Below are positions 23,395-31,002 of a stretch of DNA of 34,967 nucleotides, one piece after another; position 1 is the stretch's first letter; each line of letters opens with the position of its first letter. The DNA is from a virus (Duplodnaviria > Caudoviricetes): positions 1-34,967 of IMG/VR virus record IMGVR_UViG_3300006103_000043; one strand, written 5' to 3'. A model generated the notes under the pieces. The model ran no database searches, had not been told where the DNA came from, and saw only the letters and a list, made by a program, of their open reading frames with translations. The position numbers were made by a program, and so were the translations under genes.

Positions 23395-23661
23395 TTATTG
23401 TTCAAATGCCATTTGTTCGATTAACAAGGGCGCGGTTTCCGCTTCCTCGATGCTATTCGATACCAAAGCGGCATTAGCTTTTGCGGTATTCGATGCATCG
23501 GTGCGAATAAGGGCGAAAACCTTCGATATTGTTGCGGATGATAGGACGATCTCTTGTTTTCCGGTTTCGCCTACCAGAGTGACAAGTCCAACAAAAACCT
23601 TGTTCTTTTCTTCATCGTTCCATTTGTTTGCTTGGCGAATTTCAAGGGATTTTACTTGCAT
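23395..23661 (-). CDS. Hypothetical protein
   Basis: 88 aa, AAGGAG RBS downstream of the ribozyme. Confidence 0.7.
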   Translation of the reverse strand: MQVKSLEIRQANKWNDEEKNKVFVGLVTLVGETGKQEIVLSSATISKVFALIRTDASNTAKANAALVSNSIEEAETAPLLIEQMAFEQ

Positions 23662-23699
23662 GAATGTTGCTCCTTTTTTGGTTGTGCCCTATGTCGGGC

Positions 23700-23751
23700 G
23701 GGTAAGACCGCTAGTGAGCGGTTTCGGCGCGTCACGCCTCGTCAGTTACCC
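23700..23751 (-). ncRNA. Type I hammerhead ribozyme (canonical core)
   Basis: Minus strand reads GGGUAA-CUGACGA-GGCG UGACG CGCC-GAAA-CCGCU CACU AGCGG-UC-UUACCC. All three stems and the full catalytic core are present. Confidence 0.92.
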
Positions 23752-23823
23752 TTTGGGTTTGTACTTCTGTAAGCTCGCAGCGTACGCATTCCAGAATTGT
23801 TGTCTTTTCTCGGCGTCAGTCAT
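23746..23823 (-). CDS. Possible 25-aa peptide ending in ribozyme stem I
   Basis: MTDAEKRQQFWNAYAASLQKYKPKG. ATG overlaps the end of the upstream gene and the TAA sits in stem I. Confidence 0.35.
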   Translation of the reverse strand: MTDAEKRQQFWNAYAASLQKYKPKG

Positions 23824-24094
23824 TTTCTGGATTCCCATAAGCGGATTCGATTTCACGTCCTGAATGAGCGCATATAAGCGGTTCACCTTCCCAATGCACG
23901 AACGCTCCCATACATTGCCAACCGTCACGCTCGGCATGCTTGGTTGACCACAATATTTTCTTGTAATTTTCCTTTGCGCTCTGCCAGTCCAGAACCTCGC
24001 CGTCACTCATACACAGGGCAAGCGGGTAACCTCCTAAAATGGTGTACCCTTCATTGCGGATAAAATACTTAAGTGTGTTTATTGCTTTACTCAT
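23816..24094 (-). CDS. Conserved phage hypothetical protein (GGYPL...DG..L...IESAYG)
   Basis: 92 aa, GGAGG RBS. Confidence 0.7.
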   Translation of the reverse strand: MSKAINTLKYFIRNEGYTILGGYPLALCMSDGEVLDWQSAKENYKKILWSTKHAERDGWQCMGAFVHWEGEPLICAHSGREIESAYGNPEND

Positions 24095-24313
24095 TTAAAC
24101 TTCCTCCAAAAAAGCGCATACACAAGCGTGAACGGCGTTATATCGCACACAATCACCTGAATCCCATTCCTTGCGGAAACTGTAACCAGTTTGGCGTGAG
24201 ACTTTATTGATTGCTCCGCGATAAGTATTGGCAAAGACGGTGAACCGTTTCGCCCAAGAGTAATTCGCTTCACCCCCGAAGGTGTCGGTTATCTCAATTT
24301 GGTAAGTATTCAT
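24095..24313 (-). CDS. Conserved phage hypothetical protein (EITDTFGGEANYSW)
   Basis: 72 aa, abuts both neighbours. Confidence 0.7.
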   Translation of the reverse strand: MNTYQIEITDTFGGEANYSWAKRFTVFANTYRGAINKVSRQTGYSFRKEWDSGDCVRYNAVHACVCAFLEEV

Positions 24314-24508
24314 TTATTCCCCCAATTCAGTTATAAGTGTAACGGTCGCGCCAAAGCGCTTAAGCTCTTGCAGAACAGAATCTTGAGGATCACGCGCTGC
24401 AAAGCGGTATCCGTCTGGCATAGTGACAAGGTGAACGCCCCCATATTCACAAAGGTTGAATCTTTCGCAAATTAAAGAATCCTTTGGGTTCATAGCTAAG
24501 ATACTCAT
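24314..24508 (-). CDS. Hypothetical protein
   Basis: 64 aa, AGGAG RBS, ATGA overlap. Confidence 0.6.
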   Translation of the reverse strand: MSILAMNPKDSLICERFNLCEYGGVHLVTMPDGYRFAARDPQDSVLQELKRFGATVTLITELGE

Positions 24509-24684
24509 AGCGATTTAATCTCCTGCTGGACTTCGATCTGGTAACCAAGCCGCTTGATTGTGGCAATGGCCGCGCGGGTAAGTGTCTTTGTTCCGGCTAG
24601 GTCGGCTAGAAGTTTGGCTTGTTCGCATATAGGACGGATGACTTCGTTCCCATACTGATTTGCTATAGATACAGTTATGATCAT
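24505..24684 (-). CDS. Conserved phage hypothetical protein (YG...P.C..AK..A.LAGTKTLT)
   Basis: 59 aa from MIITV. ATGA overlap with the upstream gene. Confidence 0.7.
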   Translation of the reverse strand: MIITVSIANQYGNEVIRPICEQAKLLADLAGTKTLTRAAIATIKRLGYQIEVQQEIKSL

Positions 24685-24878
24685 GCTTTCCCCCCATCCA
24701 GAATCACTTGATACATATTCCAACCAAGCGTGACTACTGAATCGCCTGTGGTAAGTAAGTGCTCAATCATAGAACGATCAACCGAGTGCCAACCTACCCA
24801 GTCAGCGCGTTCGCGCATTACTTCGTGCCAACCCCTTAGTTCGGTTTTGGCGTGGTATGCAATCATTGGTGTATTCAT
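24681..24878 (-). CDS. Hypothetical protein
   Basis: 65 aa from MNTPM, AGGAGAC RBS. Confidence 0.6.
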   Translation of the reverse strand: MNTPMIAYHAKTELRGWHEVMRERADWVGWHSVDRSMIEHLLTTGDSVVTLGWNMYQVILDGGKA

Positions 24879-24889
24879 TGTCTTGTCTC

Positions 24890-25090
24890 CTATAAACGTA
24901 CTATTGGGCAACCCTGCACTTCCATTTTTGTTACATAGTACTTAACGCATAACAGGAGTGCTTCCCAAGTGAGTGCGCTAATAGAGGCGGTTTCACATAC
25001 GATCTCTCCATCGTCATAAACTATCGCTACATGATGACCGTGCACTAAAAACTTACCTACGGGCCACGGCTTACGAGCTGGTGATGTCAT
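24890..25090 (-). CDS. Hypothetical protein, first gene of the early operon
   Basis: 66 aa, AAGGGAG RBS, promoter upstream. Confidence 0.6.
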   Translation of the reverse strand: MTSPARKPWPVGKFLVHGHHVAIVYDDGEIVCETASISALTWEALLLCVKYYVTKMEVQGCPIVRL

Positions 25091-25146
25091 TTTGTATTCT
25101 CCCTTTAGTTAAACATGAAAGTGCATGTGCGCTTTCCATGTGTTGC

Positions 25147-25174
25147 ATCCTATCACAATTAATCCATGTGTCAA
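25147..25174 (-). promoter_or_regulatory. Sigma70-type promoter of the early operon
   Basis: TTGACA-16 nt-TAGGAT with extended TG, flanked by CACATG motifs. Confidence 0.6.
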
Positions 25175-25289
25175 TAGGTCAACGCAAAATATTTTATTAC
25201 CTTACAAACAATGTCAGGATTGGTAAGGTTGCGAGATATAGAGCGAAGGATTAACATGCGCTAAATCCACAATTTATACCTGAGCATAT

Positions 25290-26021
25290 ATGAGCCATAA
25301 AATGACGAGAGCGCAGGCGCGGGAAGCACTTCAGCAAGTGCCTATTGATTATGTGATTACTGGTGACAATAGGCAGAGACTCACACCGAAACAAAGGGAA
25401 TTTGCTCGCCAGATGGTGACAGCACCAACCAAGTCCGCAGCATACCGGAACGCATATAACACGAACGGAAAGCCTAAGAACGTTCATTCTGATGCAGCTA
25501 AGCTCTTGCGTGATCCCAGAATCGTCACAGAGATCGAGGCGTTGAGGTTGGCGAGTGAGGCAGAAAAACATCGAACCCCTGCTCAATTACGGGCTCTGGT
25601 AACGGGGCAGCTAGTCCAACACGCTCTAGATGATAGCGTTCCCCCTGCCACACGGATCCGCGCTCTGGAGTTATTAGGCAAGCTAACGGAAGTTGCTTCA
25701 TTCACTGAGCGCAGGGAAACAGTCGTTCATCATGCTAGTGCCGATATCAGGGCTAGACTGATTGAGCAGCTCCGCTCGGTCAACGTAGTGGATCAGGATG
25801 ACGGTTCAGACCTACTAGCCGAGCTTTCCGCAGACCGCGCCATTTTAGCGGAATCGCCTGCGCCGGACGCCCACCCATCCCCACCCCCCCAAATCGGGCC
25901 GGATTCTGCCGATGCAGCTAGGCATACTATTCCCAACACTCAATCACCCAATTTTGAGATAGCACCCGAAGAAATGGAAATCCTGCGCCCAGAAGACCCC
26001 CCCATGTCTGATGAGGAATGA
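25290..26021 (+). CDS. Terminase small subunit-like protein
   Basis: LTPKQREFA...AAYRNAY...AAKLLRDPRI HTH and RIRALELLGK. Upstream of terL. Confidence 0.7.
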   Translation: MSHKMTRAQAREALQQVPIDYVITGDNRQRLTPKQREFARQMVTAPTKSAAYRNAYNTNGKPKNVHSDAAKLLRDPRIVTEIEALRLASEAEKHRTPAQLRALVTGQLVQHALDDSVPPATRIRALELLGKLTEVASFTERRETVVHHASADIRARLIEQLRSVNVVDQDDGSDLLAELSADRAILAESPAPDAHPSPPPQIGPDSADAARHTIPNTQSPNFEIAPEEMEILRPEDPPMSDEE

Positions 26022-26049
26022 AAGGGTAGGGGGGGTATATGTTTAAAAC

Positions 26050-26113
26050 TGAGCAATTCATATATATGAATCTATCTTGCTCAAGTGGGCAAGATGCAAT
26101 AAGTGTTTGATAT
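26050..26113. repeat. Copy 2 (inverted) of the 25-bp palindromic element (26071-26095) with IHF-consensus site and TGAGCAATT box
   Basis: TCTATCTTGCTCAAGTGGGCAAGAT. The reverse complement of 26100-26112 is TATCAAACACTTA (WATCAANNNNTTR). Confidence 0.85.
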
Positions 26114-26214
26114 TTATGATTATTGTAAAAACTTACGATAAAACGGGCAAAAAAATTGAGCTTCCAGTTGAGCGTTTTATTGTTAGGACGTACGAGGAAG
26201 GGAAGGAAAGGATC

Positions 26215-26448
26215 ATGACTCAGAATCAGATGAGCATATATATAGCTATAGATGAGTTTTGGAAGAAGTATGGGTTTGGTCCTACGGTGGAGAACATACA
26301 GTATATGACTGGGGATAAGAGTAGGAGTAATGTGCATAGGATCATGAGGCGACTCGTTGAACTTGGAGTATGTAAACAGACACCCCGCCGGGCGCGATCC
26401 ATTCGGCCTTCTTATATCAAGCTTTATAAAGTGGACATGCCGGAATGA
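26215..26448 (+). CDS. LexA DNA-binding-domain-like winged-helix protein, no peptidase domain
   Basis: MTQNQ..IY..I..FW...GFGPTV..I....G.KS.SNVHR....L.ELG......RARSI. Start uncertain: 26215 has a strong RBS, 26116 is the alternative. Confidence 0.75.
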   Translation: MTQNQMSIYIAIDEFWKKYGFGPTVENIQYMTGDKSRSNVHRIMRRLVELGVCKQTPRRARSIRPSYIKLYKVDMPE

Positions 26449-26461
26449 AAGAGCGCAACTG

Positions 26462-27952
26462 ATGCAGGACTTACTGGACAGGATTGCAGAGTTACCCGCG
26501 CACGTACAGGCGGCTTTGTTTGAGGATCTTGCTGCGCTTAAGGCTGCCGAGGATAGGGAGCGGGCTGAGAAAGAGTTTCTATTCTTTGTTAAGCAGATGT
26601 GGCCCGGCTTTATAGATGGACGCCACCATAAGGTCATGGCAAAGAAGTTCCAAGAGATCGCCGAGGGGAAGACGAAGAGGCTGATCATCAACATGCCACC
26701 GCGTCATACTAAGTCAGAGTTTGGAAGCTTTATGCTACCAGCATGGTTCTTAGGTAAGTTCCCGCAGAAGAAGATCATCCAAACATCTAACACGGCTGAA
26801 CTTGCGGTTGGCTTTGGTCGTAAGGTTCGTAACCTTGTGGGGTCTGAACAGTATGCCAAGATCTTTCCGAACGTGAGTTTAAGATCTGACTCTAAAGCCG
26901 CAGGACGTTGGGCAACCAATCAGAACGGAGAATACTTCGCTATCGGTGTTGGGGGTACGGTGACAGGTAAAGGTGCAGACCTACTTATCATCGACGACCC
27001 GCACTCTGAGCAGGAAGCTGCGTTGGCCTCTACCAGTCCTGAGATCTTCGACAAGGTGTATGAGTGGTATACATCGGGTCCACGTCAGCGTTTACAGCCG
27101 GGTGGATCTATCATCGTCATCATGACCCGCTGGTCCAAAAAAGACTTAACGGGCAGGATTCTACAAGCCTCTGTAGACAGGGATGGGGATGAATGGGAGG
27201 TGATAGACTTTCCTGCGATCCTGCCGTCGGGTAATCCTTTATGGCCTGAGTTTTGGTCGATAGAGGAACTGGAAGCGTTACGCAATGAACTCCCTGCCGG
27301 GAAGTGGAATGCCCAGTACCAACAGCAGCCGACGTCCGAAGAAGGCGCGATTGTAAAACGGGAGTGGTGGCGTATCTGGGAGGGAGAGCGTCCCCCGCCT
27401 TGCGACTACTTAATCCAATCTTGGGATACCGCTTTTACTAAGAACGAACGATCTGACTATTCAGCCTGTACAACTTGGGGTGTGTTTTACTACAACGAGA
27501 ACCCGAACGATGCTCATATCATATTGCTGGATGCGTTTAAGAGACGCATGGAGTTTCCTGAGCTTAAGGAGACGGCGTTCAATAATTATAAAGAGTGGGA
27601 ACCGGATGCTTTCATCGTGGAAGCGAAAGCTGCTGGAGCGCCTTTGATTTACGAGTTAAGGGCGATGGGTATACCCGTAGAAGAATATTCCCCTAGTCGT
27701 GGAAATGATAAGATCGTCCGCATTAACTCTGTATCTGATTTATTTGCGAGTGGTAAAGTATGGGCTCCTGCTACACGTTGGGCAGATGAGTTGATAGAAG
27801 AAATGGCAGCATTCCCAAACTCGGATCACGATGACTTAGTGGACTCATCCACACAGGCATTGATCAGATTTCGTAAGGGCGGATTTATAAGGTTGGACTC
27901 CGACGAACCGGAAGATCAACAATACTTTCGCCGTAAGCGTGAATATTATTAA
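26462..27952 (+). CDS. terL: Terminase large subunit
   Basis: RLIINMPPRHTKS (Walker A), LLIIDDPH (Walker B), QSWDTA and HDDLVDS nuclease motifs. Start moved to 26462. Confidence 0.93.
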   Translation: MQDLLDRIAELPAHVQAALFEDLAALKAAEDRERAEKEFLFFVKQMWPGFIDGRHHKVMAKKFQEIAEGKTKRLIINMPPRHTKSEFGSFMLPAWFLGKFPQKKIIQTSNTAELAVGFGRKVRNLVGSEQYAKIFPNVSLRSDSKAAGRWATNQNGEYFAIGVGGTVTGKGADLLIIDDPHSEQEAALASTSPEIFDKVYEWYTSGPRQRLQPGGSIIVIMTRWSKKDLTGRILQASVDRDGDEWEVIDFPAILPSGNPLWPEFWSIEELEALRNELPAGKWNAQYQQQPTSEEGAIVKREWWRIWEGERPPPCDYLIQSWDTAFTKNERSDYSACTTWGVFYYNENPNDAHIILLDAFKRRMEFPELKETAFNNYKEWEPDAFIVEAKAAGAPLIYELRAMGIPVEEYSPSRGNDKIVRINSVSDLFASGKVWAPATRWADELIEEMAAFPNSDHDDLVDSSTQALIRFRKGGFIRLDSDEPEDQQYFRRKREYY

Positions 27953-27961
27953 AGGATCAAT

Positions 27962-30397
27962 ATGATAGAGAAAGGTCTTTACCAAGCACCAGAAGGTTTA
28001 GAAAGCCTTCAACAAGAACCCGATATTGAAATCGAGGTTGTTGATCCTGAAGAAGTCACTGTACATATGGGCGATACAGTCATCCATATGGGCCACGAAG
28101 AAGCAGATAACTTTGATGAGAATCTGGCAGAAGTATTAGATGAGAAGGTAATGACGTCTTTAGTCTACGACCTTCTTGGTGATTATGAGAGCGACGTAGC
28201 CTCACGCCGAGATTGGATGCAGACCTATGTAGACGGTATACAATTACTTGGCCTAAAGATTGAAGAACGTACAGACCCTTGGCCCGGAGCCTGCGGTGTA
28301 TATCACCCTATGCTATCGGAGGCATTGGTAAAGTTCCAAGCCGAGACAATGATGTCTACATTCCCCGCAGCGGGACCAGTTAAGACAGAGATCATTGGTA
28401 AAGAAACCCCAGAGAAGAAAGAAGCTGCTATCCGCGTTCAAGACGATATGAATTACCAGATCGTGGACAAGATGCAGGAGTTTCGTCCTGAGCACGAACG
28501 TATGTTGTGGGGCTTGGGTCTTGCAGGAAATGCATTCAAGAAAGTTTACTTCGACCCGTCTTTAGATAGACAAACATCTGTGTTTGTACCAGCAGAAGAT
28601 CTCGTCGTTCCTTATGGCGCTTCTGATTTAAATAGTGCAGAACGCGTTACCCATGTAATGCGTAAAACGGAAAATGAGCTTAGAAAACTGCAAGTTGCAG
28701 GGTTTTATTTAGATGTTGATTTAGGAGAACCATCTAACCAGCTTGATGAGATTGAGAAAAAGATTGCGGAGAAGATGGGATTCCGCGCAAGTGTGGATGA
28801 TCGGTATCAAATATTAGAGATCAACGTTAACTTAGATTTAGAAGGTTTTGAGCATACAGATAAGAAGGGAGAGCCTACAGGTATTGCTTTACCTTATATC
28901 GTTACGATAGAGAAAGGATCGGCGAAGTGTTTGTCTATCAGACGTAACTGGAGACCAGAGGATAAACGCCATGCAAAACGTCAGCACTTTGTTCATTACG
29001 GCTATGTGCCGGGTTTTGGCTTTTATTGTTTTGGCCTGTTGCACCTTATTGGGGCATACGCTAAATCTGGAACTTCTATCCTCCGTCAGTTGGTGGATGC
29101 TGGAACTTTATCCAATTTGCCGGGTGGATTCAAAGCCAGAGGATTAAGAGTTAAAGGCGATGACACTCCTATCAGTCCGGGAGAGTTTAGAGATGTAGAC
29201 GTACCCAGCGGTACGATAAAAGATAACTTAATGACGTTGCCATACAAAGAACCCAGTCAGGTTCTGGCAATGTTGTTGGATAAAATTATTTTAGAAGGCA
29301 GAAGTTTTGCAGGAGCGGCTGACATTCAAGTTGCAGATATGTCGGCTAATACACCTGTAGGAACTACGCTGGCAATTTTAGAAAGAACGTTAAAGGTTAT
29401 GACTGCGGTTCAAGCCCGTATTCATTATTCCTTTAAGCAAGAACTTGGATTGTTGCGGGATATTATCCGCGATTACACACCTGACTCTTATACATATGAG
29501 CCTGTAGAAGGGAAGTCTTCTGCTAAGAAGTCTGATTATGATTTAGTTACTGTCATTCCAGTATCTGATCCCAATGCTTCTACGATGGCACAGAAGATTG
29601 TGCAGTATCAGGCGGTGATTCAGTTAAGCCAGACTGCCCCACAAATCTACGACTTGCCTTATCTCCATCGTCAGATGCTGGAAGTATTGGGGATTAGGAA
29701 TGCAGAAAAGATTGTCCCTATGGACGACGACGCAAAACCGCTAGATCCTGTTTCCGAAAACATGGATGTACTCAAAGGCAAGCCGTTAAAAGCGTTTATC
29801 TTCCAAGATCAGGATGCACACATCACAGCACACCAATCTTTTATGCAGGATCCAATGGTGACGCAGATGATTGGGCAAAATCCGCAGGCCAATCAGATTA
29901 TGGCTGCCCTTCAGTCTCACTTAGCAGAGCATTTAGGCTTTAAATACCGCAATCAAATTGAGAAACAAATGGGTGTTACGTTGCCGCCCCCAGAAGAGCA
30001 CTTGCCACCACAAGTTGAAGTGCAGTTATCCCAGCTTATTGCTCAAGCAAGCCAGCAAGTTCTAGCTGGAAATCAAAACCAAGCTCAACAAGCGCAGATT
30101 CAACAGCAGCAACAAGACCCGATTGTGCAGATGGAACAGCAGAAATTGCAGATTCAGCAGGCTGAATTGCAGCTTTCTCAGCAAAAACAGCAGGCAGAAC
30201 AAGCATTTAGACAGGCTGAAATACAAAACGAACAGCTTAAAATAGCCACTCAAAAAGAGATTGAAATGGCAAAAATTGAAGCTGAAAAGGGCCATAACAT
30301 GGCTACAGCAGCCGCAGAAGAGCAGAAATTACGTATGGAATTGGCTGTAGATGCGGCTAAAGCAGCAGCTAAAAATGAGATAGATAGGCAAAAATGA
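27962..30397 (+). CDS. Portal protein with Gln-rich C-terminal coiled coil
   Basis: 811 aa directly after terL. G.AFKKVYFD motif and long Q-rich helical tail, as in P22-like portals. Confidence 0.85.
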   Translation: MIEKGLYQAPEGLESLQQEPDIEIEVVDPEEVTVHMGDTVIHMGHEEADNFDENLAEVLDEKVMTSLVYDLLGDYESDVASRRDWMQTYVDGIQLLGLKIEERTDPWPGACGVYHPMLSEALVKFQAETMMSTFPAAGPVKTEIIGKETPEKKEAAIRVQDDMNYQIVDKMQEFRPEHERMLWGLGLAGNAFKKVYFDPSLDRQTSVFVPAEDLVVPYGASDLNSAERVTHVMRKTENELRKLQVAGFYLDVDLGEPSNQLDEIEKKIAEKMGFRASVDDRYQILEINVNLDLEGFEHTDKKGEPTGIALPYIVTIEKGSAKCLSIRRNWRPEDKRHAKRQHFVHYGYVPGFGFYCFGLLHLIGAYAKSGTSILRQLVDAGTLSNLPGGFKARGLRVKGDDTPISPGEFRDVDVPSGTIKDNLMTLPYKEPSQVLAMLLDKIILEGRSFAGAADIQVADMSANTPVGTTLAILERTLKVMTAVQARIHYSFKQELGLLRDIIRDYTPDSYTYEPVEGKSSAKKSDYDLVTVIPVSDPNASTMAQKIVQYQAVIQLSQTAPQIYDLPYLHRQMLEVLGIRNAEKIVPMDDDAKPLDPVSENMDVLKGKPLKAFIFQDQDAHITAHQSFMQDPMVTQMIGQNPQANQIMAALQSHLAEHLGFKYRNQIEKQMGVTLPPPEEHLPPQVEVQLSQLIAQASQQVLAGNQNQAQQAQIQQQQQDPIVQMEQQKLQIQQAELQLSQQKQQAEQAFRQAEIQNEQLKIATQKEIEMAKIEAEKGHNMATAAAEEQKLRMELAVDAAKAAAKNEIDRQK

Positions 30398-30588
30398 TAG
30401 AAAAAGCACTGGCTTACCTAGTAAGTGAGCTCACGAAGCAGATTGAAAGCATTCAAGAGAACCTTGCAGATGATAATTGCAGGGATTTTCCTGAGTACAA
30501 GAAGGCATGCGGCGAGGTTAAGGGTCTACTTTCCGCAAGAATGCTCATATTAGACCTGCAAAAACGAGTGAACGAAGAAGATGAGTGA
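30394..30588 (+). CDS. Small head-module hypothetical protein
   Basis: 64 aa (DFPEYKKACGEVKGL) between portal and GroES-like gene. Confidence 0.7.
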   Translation: MIEKALAYLVSELTKQIESIQENLADDNCRDFPEYKKACGEVKGLLSARMLILDLQKRVNEEDE

Positions 30589-30991
30589 AATTTTAATTGG
30601 GATTAACCCAAACAATCCAGTAGTAGTAGAAACGGCTAGTGCTCCGGCAGAAGAAAAGGCAAAACAACTTCCAAAACCAAGTGGATATTACATTTTATGT
30701 GCGATCCCGGAGATGGAAGACATGTTTGACAATGGTTTGGCTAAAGCTGAAGAGACTATTAAGAACGAAGAGATCTTAACGACTGTTTTGTTCGTAGTTT
30801 CTTTGGGACCAGACTGTTATACAAACAAAGAGAAATTCCCATCCGGCCCTTGGTGCAAGGAAGGCGACTTTGTTTTAGTCCGACCCCACGCAGGATCAAG
30901 GCTTGTCATTCATGGCAGGGAATTTCGCATGATATACGACGATTCAGTCGAAGGAACCGTAGAAGATCCACGCGGTATCTCACGTAAATAG
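30581..30991 (+). CDS. GroES-like co-chaperonin
   Basis: PKPSGYYIL...VVSLGPDCY...PWCKEGDFVL...GSRL.I.G.EFRMI.DDSV.G.V. Confidence 0.8.
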   Translation: MSEILIGINPNNPVVVETASAPAEEKAKQLPKPSGYYILCAIPEMEDMFDNGLAKAEETIKNEEILTTVLFVVSLGPDCYTNKEKFPSGPWCKEGDFVLVRPHAGSRLVIHGREFRMIYDDSVEGTVEDPRGISRK

Positions 30992-31002
30992 AGGGAAACA
31001 TC

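Noticed and set aside
23824-24273. Alternate-frame ORFs 23746-24006 (upstream part) and 24091-24273
   Set aside because: They overlap better-supported genes (23816-24094, 24095-24313) that have RBSs and recognisable motifs.
25927-26694. 255-aa minus-strand ORF
   Set aside because: Antisense to the LexA-like gene and terL, with no motifs.
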